From: Parcubacteria group bacterium GW2011_GWA2_40_23
GTDB taxonomy: Bacteria > Patescibacteriota > Patescibacteriia > UBA11705 > JABHMO01
Length of the DNA: 64,000 bases
NCBI GenBank assembly: GCA_000996245.1
Contig: LBYP01000005.1
Location: 10,305 to 74,304, forward strand
Reading direction: 5' to 3'
Part shown: positions 10,425 to 20,186 of the stretch, one piece after another
Numbering within the stretch: the stretch's first letter is position 1
How the letters are laid out: each line of letters opens with the position of its first letter
Program-made: the position numbers and the translations under genes
The notes under the pieces: model-generated
Seen by the model: only the letters and a program-made list of their open reading frames with translations
What the model was told of the DNA's origin: nothing
The model's database searches: none

Positions 10425-12200
10425 ATGTCTAATACAACAACTTCAATCGAAGATTTACTTAGTTCATCGGGAAAACAAAAATTAACGGGGAAAGCCGCCG
10501 CTGCCGCTACCACCCAAATTGACGGGAAAAAGAACCTACCAAAGATCAAAGAAAGAAATGTCCAAGAAAAACTGGGCGACAAACTTCAGGTTATTACTGA
10601 TGAAAACGAGGAAATCAAAACTCAACAAAAAGCCGAGGAATATGGTATGCCCTATATTGATTTGATGGAATTCCCAGTTAGCAATGAATCTTTACAATCA
10701 ATTCCAGAAAACATTTGTATTGAAAATAATTTAATTTGCTTTGTTAATACGGGAGAAGAAATACGTTTAGCCACAACTGATCCAGAAAACAAAAAAAATG
10801 ACGAAATTAGGAATCAGCTTGAAGAACAACATCATGCCAAAACAAAACTTTATTTAATTTCAAATAGAAATTTAAAAAAACGTTTGGCTCAATATGCTAA
10901 AGTTCCTAAATACGCCAAACCAATTGAAGGCGTGGAAGTTTCTGAGGCTGAACTAACTCAATTTGCTGAAATCGCCAAGGACTTCATGGCCTTAAATGCT
11001 GAAATCAAAAAGGTAAATATTACGGACATGGTAACTTTGATAATTGCCGCTTCTCTACAATCTGGTGCCTCTGACATTCATATCGAAGCTGAAGAAGCAG
11101 ATATCAAAGTCCGTTTCCGTGTTGATGGTGTCTTGCATGATGCTGCTTCCATCGATAAATCTAGTTGGCCTAAAGTTATTTCTCGTATCAAACTTTTGTC
11201 TGGAGTTAAATTAAATATCACCGACAAACCACAAGATGGTCGCATCAGTATTAAAATGACCAAGGAACATGTGGATGTGCGTGTTTCAACCTTACCCACA
11301 ACCTGGGGTGAATCTGTGGTTATGCGTTTACTGAAATCTTCAACGGCGAGTCTTGATTTTGAAGACTTGGGCATACTTGGTCAAGCTTATGAAAATCTAA
11401 AACGTGAAGTAGAGAGACCAAACGGTATGATTATCACTACCGGACCAACTGGTTCTGGTAAAACAACAACTCTTTACGCTATTTTAAATAAATTAAACAA
11501 AGAAGGCACTAAGGTTATTACTTTGGAAGATCCAGTTGAATATAAATTGAAAGGCATTAATCAAAGTCAGATTGATCACAGCAAAGGATATTCTTTTGCC
11601 GACGGGTTACGTTCGATTCTTCGTCAAGATCCAGATATTGTCATGGTCGGTGAAATGCGCGACCTTGAAACTTCGGATGTGGCCATTAACGCAGCGCTCA
11701 CTGGTCACTTGGTTATTTCAACTATTCATACCAACAGTGCGGCCGGTGCGATCCCCAGATTTTTAGCTATGAATGTTAAACCCTTTTTATTAGCTCCAGC
11801 TTTAAATGCCATTATTGGTCAACGTCTTGTTCGTAGAATTTGCGAAAGTTGTAAACAAGAATATATTCCTGAACCAGACAAACTTGAACGCGCTAAAGAA
11901 TTATTGAATTCTATACCTGAGGGACATCCAGACAAACCAGACATGACTAACATGAAATTTTACAAAGGTACTGGCTGCGATGTTTGCCACAAGATCGGTT
12001 ACAAAGGACGAATTGGTATTTATGAAATTTTAGGTATGACACCGGAAATTGAAAAGATGGTTTTGAGTGGGAAAGTTTCTGAATATGACATGCAAGCTGT
12101 TGGTATAAAAAATGGCATGTTGACCATGGCACAAGATGGCATGGTCAAGGCACTTAAAGGCATAACTTCTATTGAAGAGGTGTTTAGAGTTAGCGAGTAG
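10425..12200 (+). CDS. pilB: type IV pilus / T2SS assembly ATPase (PilB/GspE family)
   Basis: ASDIHIE, GPTGSGKTTT, LEDPVEY, LRQDPDIVMVGEMRD, Zn-binding Cys pairs. Confidence 0.9.
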   Translation: MSNTTTSIEDLLSSSGKQKLTGKAAAAATTQIDGKKNLPKIKERNVQEKLGDKLQVITDENEEIKTQQKAEEYGMPYIDLMEFPVSNESLQSIPENICIENNLICFVNTGEEIRLATTDPENKKNDEIRNQLEEQHHAKTKLYLISNRNLKKRLAQYAKVPKYAKPIEGVEVSEAELTQFAEIAKDFMALNAEIKKVNITDMVTLIIAASLQSGASDIHIEAEEADIKVRFRVDGVLHDAASIDKSSWPKVISRIKLLSGVKLNITDKPQDGRISIKMTKEHVDVRVSTLPTTWGESVVMRLLKSSTASLDFEDLGILGQAYENLKREVERPNGMIITTGPTGSGKTTTLYAILNKLNKEGTKVITLEDPVEYKLKGINQSQIDHSKGYSFADGLRSILRQDPDIVMVGEMRDLETSDVAINAALTGHLVISTIHTNSAAGAIPRFLAMNVKPFLLAPALNAIIGQRLVRRICESCKQEYIPEPDKLERAKELLNSIPEGHPDKPDMTNMKFYKGTGCDVCHKIGYKGRIGIYEILGMTPEIEKMVLSGKVSEYDMQAVGIKNGMLTMAQDGMVKALKGITSIEEVFRVSE

Positions 12201-12236
12201 TTAACAGCAAGTCTCTAGCTATAATCAAAAAAGCAA

Positions 12237-12275
12237 CCCAGTACTATAAAGTGTTCCCTTTAAGTGCTGGGCAAG
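12237..12275. repeat. REP-like bulged hairpin, copy 2
   Basis: CCCAGTACT-A-TAAAG-TGTTCC-CTTTA-AGTGCTGGG-CAAG, with a compensatory change relative to copy 1. Confidence 0.75.
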
Positions 12276-12358
12276 TAAAACAAGAAAACAAAAAACTAAC
12301 GCCGACTATTTGCTTTGTTGCTTTCTTGTTTTCTTGATTATTGTTAAATATTTTAACC

Positions 12359-13642
12359 ATGTACAATCCAAACCGAATCACAAACAGCTCATCAGGATCA
12401 GACACAGCAGTTCAAAAAGCCTTAAGCGCAACACCAACTCCAGAGTATGAGTTGAATGAGCGTTTTCTTTTACCTTATTTGGACGCTAAAGATGAAGAAC
12501 TTGAGGAAACTCTCACAAGGCTAGAAGATGAACTAATCGCTGAAAGCCAGAAAGAAGGTAATGAAAATAATCCTGTCATTGGTTTTTTGCATGCACTTTA
12601 TTCCCAAGAACTTTATTTAATAATGAAAAACGAGCAAGCCCTGCATGCGGCTGCAAATTGCCCGCCAGGAAAATCATTGGACACACTTTCAGATGAAGAA
12701 TTACAGGTTCTTAATGATAAATATCCGCGTAAACAAATGATGAATTTTCGACTAGAACATAGCATTTTAAGTTACCGACAATCGACGGAAATTGTTTGGG
12801 ACATGCGCCCAAGTGAACATACCAAAGTTGATCAATTCACTGCCAATATCATGCTTGCCGACATGCTTTATCGTAAAGCATCTGAAACAACTGATCCAGC
12901 TGAAGAACAGCAATTAATTGAAGAAGCTGATGGACTGTATAAACGTGTAATCAACAGTGATTTCATTGATAATGGACAAAAAGATGAATTAAAACTTATT
13001 GCTGTGCTACGCGAAGCGCACAAAAAATATTCACCAGACAAACCCTTTCTAATGGAACACGGCACCCCGCGAGAAGATCTGCGTGATGCTAAAGCGGACA
13101 TTAAAATGTATGTCGGCGTACAATCATTCTTGATTCAATTAAAAACTTTGACCGCCAATGAATACGTTGAAGAATTCAATGAGAAAATTTTAGAACGTGC
13201 ACGTCACAGTGTGGCTCAAGGAACATTGATTGTTAAAATTTCAACACCAACATTACGTGAAGCTTATGCTGATCCTGGCCGCGTACATTTAAAAAAAGTC
13301 GTTGATGAATTTGCAACCGGAGTTGATTATGCAGGTGGTGATTTTAACCTTATTTATTTAATCCCCGCAACAGAAAATAAACCAAAAGAAAAGAAAAAAA
13401 TAAATCGACGTTCAGTAGAAAATGATGTTAAGCAATACACAACCTTACGATCTTTACGCCAATTTGGGTTTGATGTGTTACCAACAGCAGAAGGTCTTAA
13501 AAATGCACGAGAACAATTACAAGAAGCCTTAATTTCTGCTATGGAACAAGGCGAATTGCATGTCAGCAAAGAAATGTTATTAAATCCACCTGATGATGTA
13601 GTGGCGATTATGAAACAATATTTATTGGATAGAGCAGCATAA
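12359..13642 (+). CDS. hypothetical protein, possible PD-(D/E)xK-like domain
   Basis: Long AT-rich ORF containing EDLRDAKADIKM...LIQLKT. Confidence 0.6.
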   Translation: MYNPNRITNSSSGSDTAVQKALSATPTPEYELNERFLLPYLDAKDEELEETLTRLEDELIAESQKEGNENNPVIGFLHALYSQELYLIMKNEQALHAAANCPPGKSLDTLSDEELQVLNDKYPRKQMMNFRLEHSILSYRQSTEIVWDMRPSEHTKVDQFTANIMLADMLYRKASETTDPAEEQQLIEEADGLYKRVINSDFIDNGQKDELKLIAVLREAHKKYSPDKPFLMEHGTPREDLRDAKADIKMYVGVQSFLIQLKTLTANEYVEEFNEKILERARHSVAQGTLIVKISTPTLREAYADPGRVHLKKVVDEFATGVDYAGGDFNLIYLIPATENKPKEKKKINRRSVENDVKQYTTLRSLRQFGFDVLPTAEGLKNAREQLQEALISAMEQGELHVSKEMLLNPPDDVVAIMKQYLLDRAA

Positions 13643-13709
13643 ATCTCGGGAAAAAACATTCCCAAAAAAAATTAGCGGCGACCTTCATGATGATGGTCGC
13701 CGCTTGTTG

Positions 13710-13892
13710 TCACGGGTTGCCGCGTCGGGGCACGATCTGCGCCGGGCCACGACGAACTGCGAGTTCGAGTACTTCAGTTGCTTCCTCCTTCTTATTGTTG
13801 ATGACCTCGACTCCGGCCTGCTCGAGCAGACCCACGATAATCCGTCTCGGCGGACGCCGCCTCGACGCACCTGCACTGACGGGCTTCTTCAT
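13710..13892 (-). CDS. small basic hypothetical protein (GC-rich)
   Basis: GGGAGG SD, TTGACA-N17-TATATT promoter at ~13920-13948, terminator at 13666-13704. Confidence 0.5.
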   Translation of the reverse strand: MKKPVSAGASRRRPPRRIIVGLLEQAGVEVINNKKEEATEVLELAVRRGPAQIVPRRGNP

Positions 13893-14094
13893 GAGAACCT
13901 CCCTTCAGGTGACCAACTAATATATCAAGGTCTTACTTTTTTGTCAATGACACCAGTTGTTTTTCTGCTAAATTTAACTGAAAAAACAACTCTTTTGCAG
14001 GGCTCAATGTCCTCAGCCCCCACAAAAGAGCTTGACAGGATCCTCCAGAGATGCTAGATTGTAGTGTCCGAGGTAGTATAACCTGGAGGTTCGA

Positions 14095-14436
14095 ATGGAC
14101 TATGACCTGAGTGATTTCCTGACTGCAACCTTTATCGAAGCGCGTCGTCAACAGCTTCTCGAACGCGAACAATCCATCCACGCTCGCCTTGCAACCGAAG
14201 ACATGCCCGAAGCACAACGTACGAACCTGATTCGAGTCGTGCTTCCAAACATCATGGCCGCCCTCGCGCGTATCCATGTACATGCCTACGGCTACTGCAG
14301 CGACTGCGAAGAGCCCATACTGCAAACACGCCTCGAACTCCGACCCGAGTCCCCGCGCTGTGTCCACTGCCAGCAGACATTAGATCGCCAGAATCCGACT
14401 GACCTCCCGCGCGAACAACTCTTGTGGAGGCGTTAG
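14095..14436 (+). CDS. TraR/DksA C4-type zinc finger protein
   Basis: ALARI..YGYCSDCEEPI..RLELRPESPRCVHCQ; GGAGGT SD; TTGACA promoter at 14032. Confidence 0.8.
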   Translation: MDYDLSDFLTATFIEARRQQLLEREQSIHARLATEDMPEAQRTNLIRVVLPNIMAALARIHVHAYGYCSDCEEPILQTRLELRPESPRCVHCQQTLDRQNPTDLPREQLLWRR

Positions 14437-14495
14437 TTCTTCACCGAGTAACGCGAACATGACAACGGGAGCACTCCTCGAAGTGCTCCCGATTT

Positions 14496-14936
14496 TTATT
14501 CAATGAAATTAAATTCACGTTTAGTCTCACTAATATTTTTGATAACAATTTTTTTAAAATTAATTTTTTCTTTCTTTAGATAATCTTCTAAACTCTCGCC
14601 CCATTCCACGAAACTGACACAATCCTTTCTTTTAAAGTATTCCACTGCTCCGATATTTTTAAGGTCTCCGATGTCTAAACCTCGATAGGTATCGATATGT
14701 ATTAAATTCGTTATTCGTAATTCTTTATTCTTTATTACATATATTTTCATCAAAACAAAAGTCGGACTATTTACAACCCTCTTAACACCAAGCGCTTTGG
14801 CTACGCCTTTTACAAAGGTTGTTTTCCCTGCACCCAAATCACCCACAAGCAAAACAACTTCGCCACCTTTTAATGTCTGACCAAATTTTTCGCCGAGTTT
14901 TATTGTTTGTTGTTCATTTTTTGTTATCACTTTCAT
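14496..14936 (-). CDS. tsaE: tRNA t6A biosynthesis ATPase TsaE
   Basis: GDLGAGKTTF, SPTF, HIDTYR, VEW. Confidence 0.95.
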   Translation of the reverse strand: MKVITKNEQQTIKLGEKFGQTLKGGEVVLLVGDLGAGKTTFVKGVAKALGVKRVVNSPTFVLMKIYVIKNKELRITNLIHIDTYRGLDIGDLKNIGAVEYFKRKDCVSFVEWGESLEDYLKKEKINFKKIVIKNISETKREFNFIE

Positions 14937-14977
14937 ATGTTACAAATTACTAGTCTCCAGTCTCTAGTCACTAGCAC

Positions 14978-16057
14978 CTAACTCACTAGCTCCCACCCTG
15001 GATCTGGCTTCAACTTTGTTGGCTCAATAAAATCTTTTTTCAAGACATGGAAATAAGCAGCTTGAGCAATCATGGCAGCATTATCCCCAGCCATTTTCAT
15101 TTCTGGCATGAGGACGTTGACGTCGGGAAGTTTTTCGCTGATAACGCGCAGCATTTCGGATCTAAGCCATTTATTAGCAGAGACACCGCCGCCGAGAACT
15201 ATTGTTTTGGCTTTGAATTTTAATGCGGCGGCGGCAGTCTTAGCAACTAAAACTTCAACCACTGCTTTTTGGAATTCATAGGCCATTAAATTGCGCGCCT
15301 TATCTAAATTTTCTGGTGACAATATTTTGACGAGTTCATTCCATTTATATAACACTGATGTTTTTAAACCAGAAAAACTCATTTCAAAACCAACTTTGTC
15401 GAGCATGGGTCGTGGGAGTTTGATTTCAATACCTGGGATTGATTTAACCGACTCAACTTTGGCAGCCGCGACGCTAATTGCTGGGCCACCAGGGTAGCCA
15501 AGACCCAAAATTTTGGCGACTTTGTCGAATGCCTCTCCGGCCGCATCATCGCGCGTCTCGCCAATTAATTTATATTTCAAATAATCTTTGACTAAAATAA
15601 TTTGCGTGTGCCCGCCAGAGACAACCAAACCAACTGCAGGGAATTCGAGTTGCTCAGTTATAGATAATAAATGCCCCTCGATGTGATTGATCCTGATGAG
15701 TTGTTTGTTCAACGCGAGTGCGAGAGTCTTGGCTGTTTCCGTGCCGATCATCAGCGAACTCATTAAACCCGGACCAGCGGTAACTGCAATATAATCAATT
15801 TCTGCTATTTTCTTTTTGGCTTGTTTAAGAGCTAATTGTATCATCGGTAATATTTTTTCAATATGAAGACGAGCAGCCACTTCAGGGACAACTCCGCCGT
15901 ATTTAGCGTGGACTTGGACTTGAGAGGAAACACAGTTGCTTAGGATTTTAAAACTATGGCCTGTATCATGTAACATGTATCTCGATCCAGACAAAACAGC
16001 GGCAGCGGTTTCGTCGCAGGAGCTTTCTATGGCTAAAATTGTGAGTTGTTTTTTCAT
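14978..16057 (-). CDS. tsaD: tRNA N6-threonylcarbamoyltransferase TsaD
   Basis: ILAIESSCDETAAA, GGVVPEVAARLH, HIEGH, VSGGHT, DDAAGEAFDKVA. Confidence 0.97.
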   Translation of the reverse strand: MKKQLTILAIESSCDETAAAVLSGSRYMLHDTGHSFKILSNCVSSQVQVHAKYGGVVPEVAARLHIEKILPMIQLALKQAKKKIAEIDYIAVTAGPGLMSSLMIGTETAKTLALALNKQLIRINHIEGHLLSITEQLEFPAVGLVVSGGHTQIILVKDYLKYKLIGETRDDAAGEAFDKVAKILGLGYPGGPAISVAAAKVESVKSIPGIEIKLPRPMLDKVGFEMSFSGLKTSVLYKWNELVKILSPENLDKARNLMAYEFQKAVVEVLVAKTAAAALKFKAKTIVLGGGVSANKWLRSEMLRVISEKLPDVNVLMPEMKMAGDNAAMIAQAAYFHVLKKDFIEPTKLKPDPGWELVS

Positions 16058-16251
16058 GCTTTGATTATATCTGATTTTGCCCATCTAAGGAAGATTGACA
16101 GGTTCACTCATATTTGTTATAGTTTCAGCGTTCTGTTAGGCAAAGGATCAAAGTTTTTTCTTGTAATTAACAGAACCAATATGAGACCCAATAAGTAGAA
16201 TTGCTTCACTCTGGGGCTTGCCCAGTAGTGTGGCGAAGCCTCTACTACTGG

Positions 16252-16326
16252 GCCCCCATCGTCTAGTGGTTAGGACACCAGGTTTTCATCCTGGTAACAG
16301 GGGTCCGATTCCCCTTGGGGGTACCA
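16252..16326 (+). tRNA. tRNA-Glu(TTC)
   Basis: Cloverleaf GCCCCCA..TGGGGGT-ACCA, anticodon arm CCAGG-TTTTCAT-CCTGG; T-loop reads TCCGATT. Confidence 0.92.
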
Positions 16327-16520
16327 TAAAGTACACGCTATGCGTGACTTTATGGCAAGCCATAATACAAGCCACAAGACAAGCCACAATATTTATCGTG
16401 GCACACCAAAAGTGAACGAGTAATCTCGTTCTTTTTTGTTAGTATTCGTTTTTTTCCTTGACAAAAAAACAAGCAGCCTTATCAGCTGCCTATCAATTAT
16501 TACAAATATTTACAAAAAGA

Positions 16521-16685
16521 CTACAACCTCTTAATTTTCTCTCTTATATTCGCTATTTGCTTGGTTTCCTTACTTTTCTTTATATTATTTTTGAGATCAG
16601 TTGTGCGTTTTTTAAGTTGATTTAGATCGTTGATTATTCGTTCCATTTCCTCTACAATAGGCTTGAGAGTGTTTTGTTTTGCCAT
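16521..16685 (-). CDS. small coiled-coil protein (54 aa)
   Basis: Manual translation MAKQNTLKPIVEEMERIINDLNQLKKR...IREKIKRL. Confidence 0.45.
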   Translation of the reverse strand: MAKQNTLKPIVEEMERIINDLNQLKKRTTDLKNNIKKSKETKQIANIREKIKRL

Positions 16686-16748
16686 ACAGAATAAATTTAT
16701 ATTAATTCATCTATCTAATAATATCACTTTAAATCATCATTGAATAGT

Positions 16749-17834
16749 ATGAAAGAATCAACTTTAACTGCATCTGAAGCTCGTTTGAATAAAATGGCTG
16801 CTATGAAGGCTGAAGGCATACGTAAAAAAGCCGAAGGTGCCAAATCAGCGGAAACGCCCCAAGACAGTGAAACTGCGCGCTTATTAGCTGAAAAACAAGA
16901 AGCAGAACAAACCGTACTCAGAGCTAATGAAGCTCTTGCGGAAGATGAAGCTGTTCTCAGCCAAGCACAAGAACTTATGTCTGATATCAGCAAACTAGAC
17001 TCTGAAACTCAAGCTGAACTAACAGCTGAACACAAGGCAATTACCGCAAGTGTAGAAACAAAGAAGACTGAACTAATAGCCGCTCAGACACGGTTGGAAC
17101 AAGCACTTAAAAATTTGGAAGAGGCAAATCAAGAACAAACTCCAGAGGTTTTGTCAGAAGCAGCAACTGAAACTTCTACCACAGAAGTAGAAACACCAGA
17201 AGCAGAAGGACAAGAACCACAAATTGATTTGATTGCAGTTAATGACAAAATTCAGGAAACAATAACTGGTCTTAAGGCGAAGATTGATGGCGGGGAACTT
17301 ACTCCAACTGATCTAGCTAATAAATTGGAAACAGATTTTAAAGTTGATCCAGCGGCTGTCGAAGCATACAGCAAAATGATGGAAGAGATAGCAACTCTTG
17401 TCACAGACTTCAGAAGAACGGATGAAGAAAAGGCTGACGAGGAAGCTGGTACAAAAAGATTTAATGAAAGTAGACAAAAAATTGTCGAGGCACACAGCGA
17501 AGCCATCTTGAAAGAAATTGGAAAACATTCTGAAGAAATGGCCGCCAACCAAATTCTTCGTGGTAAATGGGATTCTTTCTCTAGCAACCTCATGGGCGAG
17601 ACGGCAGAACAAGCTCAAGCGTCAAAAGCGTTAGCAGAAAAGTATGCTCCATCAGGATTTAAGATTGTCGAGAATGAAGGACAAGAAAAAGAAGTCACAA
17701 CTAGAGTTAAAGCAGAAAATAGAATTGAAAGAGTAATTGTTCTTTCGCCTGGACTTAAAACAATCCAAGACATGGAGTCAATGTTGGGCACAATGATTCC
17801 ACGCAAGGCGAAAAAAGCCGAACCTGCACAATAA
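16749..17834 (+). CDS. acidic coiled-coil hypothetical protein
   Basis: Glu/Ala/Lys-rich ORF; bidirectional terminator at 17876-17906. Confidence 0.7.
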   Translation: MKESTLTASEARLNKMAAMKAEGIRKKAEGAKSAETPQDSETARLLAEKQEAEQTVLRANEALAEDEAVLSQAQELMSDISKLDSETQAELTAEHKAITASVETKKTELIAAQTRLEQALKNLEEANQEQTPEVLSEAATETSTTEVETPEAEGQEPQIDLIAVNDKIQETITGLKAKIDGGELTPTDLANKLETDFKVDPAAVEAYSKMMEEIATLVTDFRRTDEEKADEEAGTKRFNESRQKIVEAHSEAILKEIGKHSEEMAANQILRGKWDSFSSNLMGETAEQAQASKALAEKYAPSGFKIVENEGQEKEVTTRVKAENRIERVIVLSPGLKTIQDMESMLGTMIPRKAKKAEPAQ

Positions 17835-17919
17835 TCATTCCTTGTTAGTCAATTATATTTAGTTCAAATGCAAACAAAAAAGGACGAAAACACTTCGTTC
17901 TTTTTTGTTTAAATTATTC

Positions 17920-18657
17920 TTACGCTGGAATATTTGAAATCCACATTGTTTCAAAAATACTTTTAAAACTATCGTGAATAACTTGGCTCTCTAAAATCAC
18001 AGCAAACTGCTCCTTATAGGAAATAATATTAATTTTATTTTTTCCATAAACGCACATCTCAATCCCAATTTTAAATAAATTTGATGGGAACAATTTTGAT
18101 TTTCGCAAATGATTAATATCATTCTTTGCCAAATCACGAAAGATCTGAAGATCAGGCCACATTACTCTGACGGAAATCTTTTTATTTTTACGCGCAGGAA
18201 CATAAAAGTTAAGCAAGAAGTCCTCATCAAAATCTGTCGCATATGATTCTGAGCACCACATACAAATTTCTTTATCTGGATAGTGTAAGGTATCACGATA
18301 AACTTCACGAATACCTTCCAACCCTTCATAAAATCGAATCTCTGGTTTCTTATCAAAAAGTTTAACAAAAGTGAGTAGCTCCGGCATAATCCGACTCAAC
18401 CTATTTTTCTTTTCTTCTAAAACCTCCTCAAGCTTTCGTGGATCTTCGGCAATAAAAGTTATCTTCTTGCCTCTTTTTGCCGTGCTGATCATTCCTTTTT
18501 GCTTGAGCAAATCAATATACAAATAAACAGTTGTTCGTTTTACTTTTGATTTTTGAGCAATACGACTCACGGTCGTCTCTCCAAGCTCAAGTGCTGCTAA
18601 ATATACTTTAGCCTCAGTTTCATTTAGACCGGCGTTTTCTAAATCACGAAAATCCAT
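17920..18657 (-). CDS. TrmB-family transcriptional regulator
   Basis: GLNETEAKVYLAALELG..VKRTTVY HTH; KPEIRFYEGLEG effector domain. Confidence 0.88.
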   Translation of the reverse strand: MDFRDLENAGLNETEAKVYLAALELGETTVSRIAQKSKVKRTTVYLYIDLLKQKGMISTAKRGKKITFIAEDPRKLEEVLEEKKNRLSRIMPELLTFVKLFDKKPEIRFYEGLEGIREVYRDTLHYPDKEICMWCSESYATDFDEDFLLNFYVPARKNKKISVRVMWPDLQIFRDLAKNDINHLRKSKLFPSNLFKIGIEMCVYGKNKINIISYKEQFAVILESQVIHDSFKSIFETMWISNIPA

Positions 18658-18670
18658 AAATTTATAATTA

Positions 18671-18801
18671 TGTCATCAATTATGACAACACTTTTAGTGT
18701 AGCCTTTATATTTAAATTAGTCAACAATTTAAGCCAAAATATGTTAATATAAGCAGCCGTTGATACTCCTCAATTTTTAAAAAATGTCATGAGCGTTGAC
18801 A
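18671..18801. promoter_or_regulatory. paired palindromic operator TGTCA-N7-TGACA (18671-18687 and 18785-18801)
   Basis: One copy lies just upstream of the trmB ATG; the other overlaps the TTGACA -35 of the divergent radical SAM gene. Confidence 0.6.
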
Positions 18802-18882
18802 AAATGTATAAATTCTGATAGAATATACTGTTAAGCTGTAAAGCTAACAAGTTCATTGAAAACATTAAAAAGGAAACCTACC

Positions 18883-20031
18883 ATGGACCTGAAACACAAA
18901 AACCTCTTTACCGCGAAAGCAGTCCAACACGGCCTTGGGCGCAAGAACACCGGCAAGCTCCAGTCTCTGTGGATCGAACTCCCGCCCTTCTGCAACTTGG
19001 CCTGCACGTACTGCTACGCCTGTGGCGGCGAAAAACGTGACCGCGACAATCTTCTTAACCGCGAAGATTACCTCAACATTCTTAATCAGGCGAAGCAGTT
19101 GGGAGTAGACAGCATCGGAATTCCCGGCGCAGGCGAACCGTTCATCCACGCGAACTTTGAACTCACCATGTGGATTCTGCACGAATGTGCAGCTCGTGAC
19201 ATTTACGTCACGTTGTTCACCACCGGAGAATTCATCACTCGCGAACTGGCGGATGAACTCTTCGAACTGCCAGTTGAGATTATGCTGAAAGGCAATAGTC
19301 TCGACCCAGAAGTGCAAGATCGGTTCGTGAGCAACCCCGATCGAGCAATCCACGGTTACGGTGTGGCCAGAAACCGAGCCATTGAAATCTTGATGGCTGC
19401 AGGGTTCAATGACCCCTCGGCTGCGCAGAAGCACGGTCGGCAAAGTCGCATGGCGCTAGTCACCTCGATCATGACTGACGAAAAAGAAGGCGGTCTGTCC
19501 AACATTGAAGAGGTTGCTCAAATATACCGCTTCTGTCGTGATCGCAACATCATCGCGGACATCGACACCATTCTCAAAAGAGGTCGCGCCCTCGAGTGCG
19601 GACTCTCGTCTGGAGATCGTAATGTCCTGCAGATGTTGATGACACTCCGTCGCATTGCCATCGAAGAATATGGTGATGCCGACACAGTGCTGTCGTCAAC
19701 GTATGTGGAGACGGTATGTGACCGTTTCCATCATCACCTGTACGTTGATGTGTCTGGACGTATTCGACCCTGCATCGGCGCGATGGATGTTGATCTCGGC
19801 AATATCCGATCGACGACCCTGTCAAAGGCCTGGGAATCTCGCGAGCGCCAGATTATCCGCGAACGTCGATACTCTGGTACTTGTGCCAGTTGCGCAAACT
19901 TCCAGGAACATAAGTGCCATTCTTGCCTCGGTCGCAGAACACCAGCAAGTGGAGAAAAATCGCTGACGAACGAAAGCTTGCTACGTGACGGCTGTGTTCA
20001 CACAACAGGATGCATGCTCTATCGGAAATAA
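18883..20031 (+). CDS. radical SAM enzyme with SPASM domain
   Basis: CNLACTYC, GAGEP, G.IRPC..LGNI, CASC...C..C C-terminal Cys cluster. Confidence 0.88.
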   Translation: MDLKHKNLFTAKAVQHGLGRKNTGKLQSLWIELPPFCNLACTYCYACGGEKRDRDNLLNREDYLNILNQAKQLGVDSIGIPGAGEPFIHANFELTMWILHECAARDIYVTLFTTGEFITRELADELFELPVEIMLKGNSLDPEVQDRFVSNPDRAIHGYGVARNRAIEILMAAGFNDPSAAQKHGRQSRMALVTSIMTDEKEGGLSNIEEVAQIYRFCRDRNIIADIDTILKRGRALECGLSSGDRNVLQMLMTLRRIAIEEYGDADTVLSSTYVETVCDRFHHHLYVDVSGRIRPCIGAMDVDLGNIRSTTLSKAWESRERQIIRERRYSGTCASCANFQEHKCHSCLGRRTPASGEKSLTNESLLRDGCVHTTGCMLYRK

Positions 20032-20186
20032 CTAAAAGGAGATCACAAAAAAACCCTCAAGTCTCACAGGCTTGGGGGTTTTTCTATTTTGTTGAAATTA
20101 TAATGTATAAATCCAACATAATAGATAACTTTAATATGTATTCCCGTCCCGTTATGATAAAATGGGACTAAATTTAAAAATCAAAT

